This document shows, piece after piece, positions 37,101 through 42,848 of a stretch of 64,000 nucleotides of DNA; within the stretch, counting starts at the first letter, position 1, and every line of letters starts with the position of its first letter. The translations under genes were made by a program, and so were the position numbers. The stretch covers positions 64,522 to 128,521 of IMG/VR virus record IMGVR_UViG_3300038829_000269. One strand, 5' to 3'. The notes below the pieces were generated by a model that saw only the letters and a list, made by a program, of their open reading frames with translations, searched no databases and was not told the origin of the DNA. The stretch is from a virus.

Positions 37101-38083
37101 ATGGTCTCGCGCTCGGCCGCCTTCCTCTCGATGCACTCGGGGTCCGTGCACCGACCCGCGCGGTGCCAGCCCGCGCTCCGGCCGCAGGAGCGCGCCGCCG
37201 CCAGGCGCCCATCCATCTCCGCGTGGATCAACTTGAAGTTGATAAGGTAGTTCGCGTATTCCTCTTTCTTGTCGAGCGGGTGCGCGGCACAACAGGCAGA
37301 GAGTCGTCCGTCCTGATCCGTGTTCGCGAAGCGCTTGTGGTTCGCCGCCGCCTCGCGCACGATGGACGAGGGGGGGAGGTCGCCCGGATAGACGACCGAT
37401 CCCTTCCCAGCGTGGTTCTCGTCCTGCTCCGCGTTCAGATCGGGCTCCAGGCGCGCGGCGTCCGGGACCAGGACCTCGAACACGACGACCCCTTCTCCCA
37501 TCTGGGTTTCGAGATTGGCGAACGCCTCGGCCTCGTCCGGGGTCGTCGCGAGGTAGACCGGACCGCGCAGCCCGTCCCTCTTGATCGAGTCCGCGTTCCT
37601 CGCGGGCGTCCCGTGATAGTAGCGGCGGGCCGCCGCGCTCTTGGTCGGACCGTGACCATGAGCTTGGTCATCCTCACCATGCTGCTCGCCATCGGGATGA
37701 GGGGGACCTCCGGGCTCGGTCGTCTGCTGCCGGAGGACCGGCCACCCGAAGTTGGCGCGCAGCCGATCGCTGAGCGCGTGCCAGTCGATCTCGTTGAGCT
37801 TGATCCCGGGGAACCGATGCCAGTGGTCGCGGGTCGCGGGCTCCGACACCCAGCCGATGGCCGCGCCCATCACCCAGTCGTGGAAAAGCTGAGCGTCCTC
37901 GTTCGGGTCGAGGTTGTCGACGATCATCTCGGTCTGGGTCGCGGTGATCCTCTCCAGCGGACCGCTGGTCAGGAACTTGAAGAGCCGGTCGGTGGACACG
38001 CCCTCTCGGCCGGGCGTGGCGGAAGACGAGAGGATGCTGTCCCTCATCGCCCTCCGCGCACGCCAGACCGAGTTCAGGCTCAT
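31115..38083 (-). CDS. Polyvalent protein, 2322 aa (ART-like, 2x GNAT, nucleotidyltransferase, Cys-His-Asp module, ParB-like, pyrophosphatase-like, wHTH, Zn modules)
   Basis: YYHGT..GPVYLATT; DPAYRQQGL; PRKGRARECL..LYKDQGF; TGSRWKGDARDDSDLDVV; DCTG..WSHDWL..IDIT; VMDGNHR; IEWPKGSTR..DYGYIRQTEGEDGEEIDVY..YDEDKIMLGY. Confidence 0.85.
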   Translation of the reverse strand: MSLNSVWRARRAMRDSILSSSATPGREGVSTDRLFKFLTSGPLERITATQTEMIVDNLDPNEDAQLFHDWVMGAAIGWVSEPATRDHWHRFPGIKLNEIDWHALSDRLRANFGWPVLRQQTTEPGGPPHPDGEQHGEDDQAHGHGPTKSAAARRYYHGTPARNADSIKRDGLRGPVYLATTPDEAEAFANLETQMGEGVVVFEVLVPDAARLEPDLNAEQDENHAGKGSVVYPGDLPPSSIVREAAANHKRFANTDQDGRLSACCAAHPLDKKEEYANYLINFKLIHAEMDGRLAAARSCGRSAGWHRAGRCTDPECIERKAAERETIELPKSHVREDLKRFDRIEDEVQELKKDDERALGEKSATQQNDEHQTPNVRHWPVDDGELWALVTPDFDPQSADQNFYATGNWDSPLPKGMFSYLLITGNTAGLAATDPAYRQQGLMQKLILAALQEHDHLVMEDTEPGMRSLLNRMLSDGLIQEHEGEMRRFDSGNDLVIRLATLRARWLSRAAAADPFRQAILDWVEFKRRDEPSTNQFRIKAHELFNQIKGADLSSWGPFARAIKDLIDENVIDKISKGTDWILIHDRRKNGGVGAAQKKVPDANPVPPQAFNQEAGRLISFIANELRKSPLTPDELGMKAVESSRWPYDANFVTVYEYALNRLERDGEIEFNEARNQWGMKPVAPTDLSQVNTMSEGDRQQKVDALLERWQSEPGARPQIEQQLKSLRALRALFLVRRAEKDQLWAPDPEIVKNTWRRYQCTVCGHVQAETTNHLGAIMSYCKKCSWAPSKGECYNPMGDGRCYRKFTYLGEIDERHQDESGFWDSSSEAWTRRGDAYDPTSKKKEKVVVKRSPVEVLAQAGFSDPQMLIGDLWTAFTKSGAREHRDHQITSVHLTGSRWKGDARDDSDLDVVVFHSGNALMSEANQAFRAKVAEITGGVVDAFLLPQSEPWDHPMSGNIMGLTASSTSNFFRAGERQRPLLSIWLEKVAARPMRDLGPALDKARNMFGPLSPEIRKRILNFLQNPTTDSWDDIQSIIISGFGTIWQAMIQIDPSFPRSGRRTDQAGNVVQDWERIPTPEQVLLVLQKNTGGERQSLLSSWNQRRAGGTDWALVEKLMKAYWDGRVAEDWAGGLDCTGDSEALADHLFAAEMEPEHISSYYRDANGNLWSHDWLQLDGKVIDITHSQFGAPDYLITNVGDPRYPSMDELADEETARANPSGQMPTASLLARWFSRRAEGADPASGPFNAPWPDQIQAFMQAVYDQTAGHPFTRGQRVWNDSVIVEVHPWRGGPDPEYPWIITLKWLQSMDPRKGRARECLAWLTALADEYGVPLDLHAKPTGEPRIPKPALKNLYKDQGFERDRTQGPDDMVRHPLVAAWRARRAAQAETQIGTITYRGQEVPVMMPTKDIDQWLKLRTDDRIIHDAAVGQQFTELVGRLYTYAAMKIEPNANIRESQNISLYPDIERALDYFGYGRDEANQKLQEPGGEDRLKQAAFSMFEQQRADLMSPQQAADLLMNMAVVLHKDMGMTMDEAKARLSSLIIEWGGGGPENLHLNSLTQKWRERRAANSEQKLLRELRCTAIGSDSGTENEAVLPKGAVVGVQPHSNDHTIFFYSPIYSKIIVRGRVMKTNQYSAPVQEFRAATDIGYGEGTGYKHGPECFCDECMANDDMSTRRCPTCGSRECPGDGHSIDCRKPGTMTLKDVPTETKDSLLDKFNRGEIDEKTLRRRMKQISSSLLSRWHRRAGDDQAALIHQVLGQINEDEIAGSGIAQKVTDFVWTLTRINPRDTNFGKDPIEDTKQWLDEESADYLADMGEPRLKGGARAQRREIEANPVVVIRGDDGVLWVMDGNHRTAQAMVLGMDSIPALVGVKKPGVGRTPINPDYKMGSMFERWVMRQANDPLKKIIEINGVKVGIEWPKGSTRTWKHLPGNDYEKLMKADYGYIRQTEGEDGEEIDVYAGPDRDSDLAFVVTQLDKKTGEYDEDKIMLGYSSEAEAKASYLEHMEKAHFGGIKKMSWDEFLKLVPKSQRVKEKTAAMVDDPGSQMVLTDDLRVWERASKGQGDHVDSFVLPKGTTVKVLKKFRLNHGGSPELLKITFWPPKGKAGAGLPTRGSGVVRADDLRFVVSGGVVGQVPEQSIPSNPKMIENHIVDLLRKGPSTISRDLSELIGEGKGVMLDENGEVADFDRPFADMVQQVIGQMLDRGVIRFDGGTAEFSLLKDPEPTSVEHVPTMNQGDVQSKIDSLLDQLALEQDPAKKQQIEQRIRSLSAGIKDIWRRRAGETTAIHEQRSPGAVQECSHEWPGKKPGERGWCGRCRL

Positions 38084-38089
38084 GGTGTT

Positions 38090-38647
38090 CTAGGCGTTCA
38101 TCGCGTCGAGCTTCGCCTTCATCTCGTTGATGAGCGCGACCGCCGCGTCGTATTTCGCCTTCAGGTCGTTGGCCAGGTCGATCACGGCCTGGGCCTCGGC
38201 CTGGACGTAGCCGACGGACGCGGGACCGGCGGCGGCCACCAGGGTGACCACCGCGTCGGCCTCGACGAGCACCGTGCTCTTCAGCGCCTTGAGATCGACC
38301 TCGTCCTTGCGCGCGGCGTCGCCGAGCGCGGACGGCGCGCCCAGGCCCGTGACCTTGAACCCGCCCATCGCGATCGCGCCGGTCATCGTGCCGCCCGCCT
38401 TGGGCAGCGCGTCGGCCGCCAGCGAACCGGACTGGTCCGCGACGTTCGAGCCGTCCAGCGGCTCCTCGTCCGAGAGCTTGGTGATGACCCCGGCGGTGAT
38501 CAGCGAAGACAACTGGGACGAGCGCTCGGCGTCCTCGTCGAACAGCAGGTGCTCGGCCTGCGTCTGGAGCGTGAGCCCCTGGCCCGACTGTCCGCCGGGC
38601 AGGTCGCTGATCGACACGCTGCCGGTCGACACGTTCTTGATCTTCAT
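38090..38647 (-). CDS. Head decoration/fibre-like protein
   Basis: 185 aa; AAGGAG RBS; GGTMTGAIAMGGFKVTGLGAPSALGDAARK fibre motif; C-terminal coiled coil. Confidence 0.65.
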   Translation of the reverse strand: MKIKNVSTGSVSISDLPGGQSGQGLTLQTQAEHLLFDEDAERSSQLSSLITAGVITKLSDEEPLDGSNVADQSGSLAADALPKAGGTMTGAIAMGGFKVTGLGAPSALGDAARKDEVDLKALKSTVLVEADAVVTLVAAAGPASVGYVQAEAQAVIDLANDLKAKYDAAVALINEMKAKLDAMNA

Positions 38648-38973
38648 CTGGTTCTCCTTAAAACGTCTTGGGGTTTACCCGTCAGCGCGTGGCCGTCGGG
38701 GCACTGCGAAATCGGCGCTTGCAGCATCTCGCGCTCGAAGTGGCGCGAGTCGAAATCCTTCGTCAGGTCCTCGATCCACTGGCGGCTCACTGGCCGGGCC
38801 GTGGTCCAGCACAGCGGGTGGACTAGATCGTGGACCTGCTCGTCCACCTGGTCCACTTGGAGCCGCCCGTCCGTCGAGCGCCGGGTGCCGGGAGCGTGGA
38901 CTAGATCGGGAGCGCGGTGGTCCCCGTAGTCCACAGTGTTCAGCGAATCGCGATGTTCACCCGCGCTGAACAT
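38644..38973 (-). CDS. Hypothetical protein, 109 aa (doubtful; overlaps motif cluster)
   Basis: Coupled at both ends (TAATG, ATGA) but N-half is shaped by GTCCAC repeats. Confidence 0.35.
   Translation of the reverse strand: MFSAGEHRDSLNTVDYGDHRAPDLVHAPGTRRSTDGRLQVDQVDEQVHDLVHPLCWTTARPVSRQWIEDLTKDFDSRHFEREMLQAPISQCPDGHALTGKPQDVLRRTR
38817..38935. repeat. Cluster of six GTCCAC/GTGGAC hexamers including a 13-bp direct repeat
   Basis: GTGGACTAGATCG at 38818-38830 and 38896-38908; TAGTCCAC read three times across both strands. Confidence 0.6.
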
Positions 38974-39092
38974 TATCGGCGGCCCCCGGTGCAGCAGCCC
39001 CGCCGACATCTCGGGTTCTTGCGCTTCGTCGTCAGGTGCCCGACGATCAGGCCGATCACGATCCCGACGAAGACCCAGGCCGTGGGGTTCAT
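38973..39092 (-). CDS. 39-aa single-pass membrane peptide
   Basis: MNPTAWVFVGIVIGLIVGHLTTKRKNPRCRRGCCTGGRR*, GGAGG RBS. Confidence 0.5.
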   Translation of the reverse strand: MNPTAWVFVGIVIGLIVGHLTTKRKNPRCRRGCCTGGRR

Positions 39093-39141
39093 CGCCGACC
39101 TCCGGTGAAAATCGAGAGCAGAGCGATCAGGTTCATCAGCC

Positions 39142-39660
39142 TCATCGTGTTCTCCGACGCGGTGCGGGATGCTCGACGCGGGTCGAGCGCAGGTGAATCC
39201 AGAGGATCACCAGGGAGATGAGCGCGAGCGCGGTCATGAGCTTCGTGGGCTCGGACAGCGGCTGAGGTTCTACGGACTCTTGGGGCTCGCGGAGGATCAG
39301 CGGGGCCCGGACGGGCGCGGGGGACGACGCGATCTGAAAATTTTGTAAAAAATTGTAAAGGGGCGACGCGCCATGGTCGGAAAAGTTTTCAATTTCTCTA
39401 AGGGGGTTATCTGAGGCCGAGGCACCCCCCCCTAGACCTTTTTGCACCGTTCCCCGCGCGGCCTCGGCGCCCCAGGCCGCCGGGCTCAGGGCCAGGGCGA
39501 TCACCAGGCCCAGCAGCGCGGCCAGCATCACCGTGCGCCTCGGCACCAGGCCCACGATCCCCACCAGGCTCAGAGGCTGGGCGGGCAGCGGGCGCCCGAT
39601 GCTGACGAACACCTGGCGCACCTGCTCGCGGTCGAGGCCGCCGGTCCCCTGGTCTCTCAC
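39142..39660 (-). CDS. Hypothetical membrane protein (start uncertain)
   Basis: GTG overlapping upstream TGA; hydrophobic MLAALLGLVIALAL and LMTALALISLVILW; middle part has atypical AT-rich codons. Confidence 0.35.
   Translation of the reverse strand: MRDQGTGGLDREQVRQVFVSIGRPLPAQPLSLVGIVGLVPRRTVMLAALLGLVIALALSPAAWGAEAARGTVQKGLGGGASASDNPLREIENFSDHGASPLYNFLQNFQIASSPAPVRAPLILREPQESVEPQPLSEPTKLMTALALISLVILWIHLRSTRVEHPAPRRRTR
39336..39445. other. AT-rich/homopolymer island
   Basis: GAAAATTTTGTAAAAAATTGTAAAG, GGAAAAGTTTTCAATTT, a C7 run and TTTTT in an otherwise very GC-rich region. Confidence 0.55.
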
Positions 39661-40949
39661 CGCTCGGCCTCCGCGTCCACGATCAGCGCGTCCTTCCCCG
39701 CCTGCGCGCCCTTCGCCATCAGCCGGTCGGCCGCCATCTTCACGAGGCGCGCGAGTTCGGCCTGCTCGCTCGGGGCCAGCACGCTCTTCATCTCGCGCAT
39801 CATCTGGCTCGCGGCCTCCTTGCGAAGGAGCACGGGGTCGGCGCTCGTGCTCGGGACCTCGGCCTCGACCCGGCGCATGTAGAGGACCGTGCGGCTCAGG
39901 CTCTCGACCACGGTCGCCAAGCTGTCCCACGTTCGGACCGGGACCTTGGCCGTGGCCAGCACCGCGAGCCGCGCGAGCCGCCGCTGGAGGACCTGGAGAT
40001 CGGAGTGCCCGGTCATCACCCGGGCCTCGGCCAGGATCGCGTTCATCGCTTCCACGATCTCGGGGTCCTTGAACGGGTCGAGGCGATCGAGGGACACGCC
40101 GGGCATCACCTGGCCCGCGACCGGCGCCTGGTCCATCGTCCGGGTGAGCGCCGAGACCTCGTTGACCCGGTCGACCACGCCCTGCGCCGCGTCCATGATC
40201 CCGTGGGCCCGGAGCCCGGCGCGCACCGCCTGGTCGCGGGGCAGCAGGCCGAACTCGACGCGCCAGCGCTGGATCGTGCGCTCGACCGTCCGGTAGCGAG
40301 CGGCGATCATCTCGTTGGTGTGCGCCGGGTCGTGCCAGAGCGTGGCGAACTCCGCGATCTGGGGCTGGGTCACGGGCTTGAACGGGTGGGGCTTACCCGA
40401 GGACTTGGGCGCCGGGCCCGGGGGCAGGCCGTGGCCCACGCTCCCCATGAGCCCAGGGACTGGGCCCGTGGGGAGTGAAGGAGCGCGCTCTTCATGAGCC
40501 CTGAGCGTGGGCTCGTTGTGAGCGGCGGTGGATAAGTCTGTGGACGGTGGGGATAACTCCCCCCGGAGCGCGGCGGCCAGGGACACGGGCGCGCCCGGAG
40601 GCAGCGGCTGCTCGGGGATCAGCGGCCGGGCCATGGCCTCGATGCTCTCGGGCGCGGGCGGGATCATGCGCGTGTCGGGCGGCAGGCTGTCGGGGATCGC
40701 GGGACCGGCGACCGGCGGCGACGCGCATACCCCGCCAGGACCAAGAGGTCCATTCTGATCGAGTTGTCCACCGGAGCCTGTCACCTGTCGGCTGTCGCCC
40801 ATGACACCGTGCGCCACGCTACCCGACAGGTCGATTGACTCACTATGAGCCCTGGCCGTGGGCTCGTGGGGAGCGAGGCCGAGAGACGTGGGCTGGCCGA
40901 GAACCAGGTGCTCGATCGGCTCAGGAAGCTGCGGGGCTGCGTCGTCCAC
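39657..40949 (-). CDS. HTH protein, candidate terminase small subunit (start uncertain, possibly 40448)
   Basis: HTH-like TNEMIAARYRTVERTIQRWRVEFGL followed by helical region; Pro-rich N-terminus. Confidence 0.4.
   Translation of the reverse strand: MDDAAPQLPEPIEHLVLGQPTSLGLAPHEPTARAHSESIDLSGSVAHGVMGDSRQVTGSGGQLDQNGPLGPGGVCASPPVAGPAIPDSLPPDTRMIPPAPESIEAMARPLIPEQPLPPGAPVSLAAALRGELSPPSTDLSTAAHNEPTLRAHEERAPSLPTGPVPGLMGSVGHGLPPGPAPKSSGKPHPFKPVTQPQIAEFATLWHDPAHTNEMIAARYRTVERTIQRWRVEFGLLPRDQAVRAGLRAHGIMDAAQGVVDRVNEVSALTRTMDQAPVAGQVMPGVSLDRLDPFKDPEIVEAMNAILAEARVMTGHSDLQVLQRRLARLAVLATAKVPVRTWDSLATVVESLSRTVLYMRRVEAEVPSTSADPVLLRKEAASQMMREMKSVLAPSEQAELARLVKMAADRLMAKGAQAGKDALIVDAEAER
40527..40556 (-). 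promoter_or_regulatory. Three adjacent DnaA-box-like 9-mers
   Basis: TTATCCCCA, CCGTCCACA, TTATCCACC (consensus TTATCCACA), creating two otherwise rare TTA codons. Confidence 0.45.
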
Positions 40950-41149
40950 TGGGCTAGGACCTCGTCAGGGCCGTGGGCCTCCAGGATCAAGAGGCCGAAC
41001 GGCGCCGCGTGCTGCGCGCGGCTCCAGAGCGCTGCGTCGTCGCCCCTGTTCGCCGCCGTCATGGCCCTGGCGGCGGGCTCCCGGCCGGTCTGCTCCCCGG
41101 TCGCCCGCCGCCATCAGCCGCTCGCCGCCCCGGGTGCAACCAGGGCCAT

Positions 41150-41560
41150 AAAGTTCGGGCCGTGAGGCCCCGGCTCACCTGCGTCGATCCGTCTGCCTTG
41201 GGCCTGAGCCCTTGGACGAGACCAGCCTCGACCGGCGCCGTCTTGATCACCACCCTTACGGGCAGCATCGCGATCGCCGGGCCCAGACCGTGGTCGCCGG
41301 GGGCACGGGGCCCGCTGTGCTGATCGGCGCCGGTCGGTCCTACCCGGTTCCCTGCTCCCGCTGGCTCGAAGCCCTCGGGCTGCGTCTTCGTGATCGTCTC
41401 TCGACCGCTGCGTCAGCGGCCCCTCGTCCGCCTCGCGCGCGCTGCGTCCCCGGATGTGCGAGAGACCCACGAGCCCTGGTCGTCCACAGCGCATCGCCTT
41501 GTCGGCGCGGCGCGCGGCATCAGCCACGGCCCGTGGGTCTCTGAGTCCGACCCGCGATTC
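41150..41560 (-). ncRNA. Candidate structured non-coding RNA (ends approximate)
   Basis: Directly downstream of sigma70 promoter, no convincing ORF; 14-bp stem 41528-41541/41462-41475, 10-bp stem 41325-41334/41231-41240, CCC-GTAA-GGG GNRA hairpin at 41253-41262. Confidence 0.5.
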
Positions 41561-41566
41561 GCTATG

Positions 41567-41595
41567 AGGATAGCATGGCACACGCGCGCTGTCAA
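41567..41595 (-). promoter_or_regulatory. sigma70 promoter with extended -10
   Basis: TTGACA (41595-41590), 17-nt spacer ending TGC, TATCCT (41572-41567). Confidence 0.75.
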
Positions 41596-41707
41596 GGTCA
41601 AGACGCACGATCGCTACAAGTCCTCAATAGGCGCGGGCGTCGCGCGCATGATACGATCGCGTCATCAAGCTGCACGCCGTTGATTGTCGGACTGGGAGGA
41701 CGCGAGG

Positions 41708-41971
41708 ATGAGCGGCATCATTCTAATGGAGCGGGGATCGGTCGGCGCGCAGATCGAGGACGACGCGCGGCTGATCACCGAGCAGGACCTGGAGCTAGAT
41801 GTTGGCGACGCGCGCGCGCTGATCTTGTGCAGCGCGTTGCCCGTCGAGCGCGTGAGGCGCGAAGTCGATCGGCTCGGCGATCGCGCGTGGATCGTGGGTA
41901 GGAGCACCGCGTGCACGTCGAAGAGCAGCACGCTGCACCGTCACTGGGCGTTGAGCCGAGCGGGGCGCTGA
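41708..41971 (+). CDS. Hypothetical protein, 87 aa; only credible plus-strand gene
   Basis: GGAGG upstream, GC3-rich codons on plus strand, ends at a shared hairpin. Confidence 0.45.
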   Translation: MSGIILMERGSVGAQIEDDARLITEQDLELDVGDARALILCSALPVERVRREVDRLGDRAWIVGRSTACTSKSSTLHRHWALSRAGR

Positions 41972-41983
41972 GCAGCAGACCTT

Positions 41984-42026
41984 AGAAGCGAAGAGCCCCG
42001 AGGCCGGTGCTCAGGCCTCGGGGCTC
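41984..42026 (-). terminator. Intrinsic terminator (possibly bidirectional)
   Basis: Perfect 13-bp inverted repeat GAGCCCCGAGGCC/GGCCTCGGGGCTC (41993-42026) followed on minus strand by TTCGCTTCT. Confidence 0.75.
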
Positions 42027-42048
42027 AGGCGACGGTGACGATCTTCGA

Positions 42049-42576
42049 CTAGGCGGCGACCGGCTCCCTCTGCGGCTGAGGAACCTTGTCCGCGTTGTTC
42101 ACCCTCACGTTCAGGTGACCGAGCGTGAAGTAGGCGCCGAGGCTGATCTCCAGATCGGCATCCGGCTCCGAGAACTGCTCGTCCTTGTTCTTGTTCCTGC
42201 CCGCGCGCGCGTCGGCCGTGATCGTCACGCCGAACGATCCTTCTCCGAACCCCGCGCTCGCGATCCCGAACTCCAGGGTCGCGGCCGGGCTCTCCTCGCC
42301 CACCTTCAGGGACAGAGCGCGCGTCGTGGCGATGATCGCGTAGTCCCAGACCTTCTCGCGCAGCGTGGCGCGGTCCAGCACGCCGAGCGGGTTCGTCGGC
42401 AGCGTCTGCTCGTAGTTCAGCGCCCTGGCCAAGGCGATGATCTTGTCCACCGTCTGCTCGACGAACGTGATGACCTCGTAGCGATCCTCGCTCAGGATAG
42501 CCTGAGCCCGAGGGAAGTGCATCGCCCTCTCCGCGTCGTTGAGCCCCGTCGGCGTCCCGTCTTCTCTCTTCTCCAT
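42049..42576 (-). CDS. Hypothetical protein
   Basis: 175 aa, GAGGTGAAAGG upstream, ends before terminator. Confidence 0.65.
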   Translation of the reverse strand: MEKREDGTPTGLNDAERAMHFPRAQAILSEDRYEVITFVEQTVDKIIALARALNYEQTLPTNPLGVLDRATLREKVWDYAIIATTRALSLKVGEESPAATLEFGIASAGFGEGSFGVTITADARAGRNKNKDEQFSEPDADLEISLGAYFTLGHLNVRVNNADKVPQPQREPVAA

Positions 42577-42638
42577 GTCCTTTCACCTCTCCGTAGTCTT
42601 GCTCTCCGCCGGGCCCACGATGGGGCTCGGTCGGTCCC

Positions 42639-42848
42639 TTAAATCGACTTGCGTTTGTTACCTAATCCGATCATGTCCACGTTCAGACGCTCGACGACCT
42701 TGAGCGCAGCGTCGATCACCCGCTTGCGTCGGCGCTCGACGCCCCGGAGCCTGATCCCGTTCTCGTCCAGGCCCTTGAGCAGGAGTTCGGCCGTGGTCGC
42801 GCGCAGCAGGCGGGCGAGCGTCCTATACTGCGGTCGGCGCGTGGCCAT
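42639..42848 (-). CDS. Basic hypothetical protein, 69 aa
   Basis: MATRRPQYR..., TGATG coupling. Confidence 0.5.
   Translation of the reverse strand: MATRRPQYRTLARLLRATTAELLLKGLDENGIRLRGVERRRKRVIDAALKVVERLNVDMIGLGNKRKSI

Noticed and set aside
38660-38800. WIEDLTKDFDSRHFEREML as a terminase remnant
   Set aside because: Too short to separate from chance; no flanking ATPase or nuclease motifs
31172-38929. 2585-aa plus-strand ORF and other long plus-strand ORFs (e.g. 372..1538, 2026..4368, 4001..5938, 61112..63043)
   Set aside because: Antisense shadows of GC3-rich minus-strand genes: Arg/Leu/Val/Gly/His-biased, no motifs, fully overlapping well-supported genes
38817-38935. Possible CRISPR mini-array
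   Set aside because: Only two 13-bp copies; no 25-45-bp repeats with regular spacers; no cas genes (the mCpol domain is not Cas10)
39142-39290. PEP-CTERM-like sorting signal (LSEPTKLMTALAL...R)
   Set aside because: Lacks the VPEP motif, ORF itself is doubtful, and no exosortase is in the window
41150-41560. RNase P, tmRNA, tRNA or group I/II intron identity for the structured region
   Set aside because: CCGGGTAGG echoes RNase P but GAGGAAAGTCC is absent; no tRNA-like ends, CCA, or intron domain V/P7 motifs
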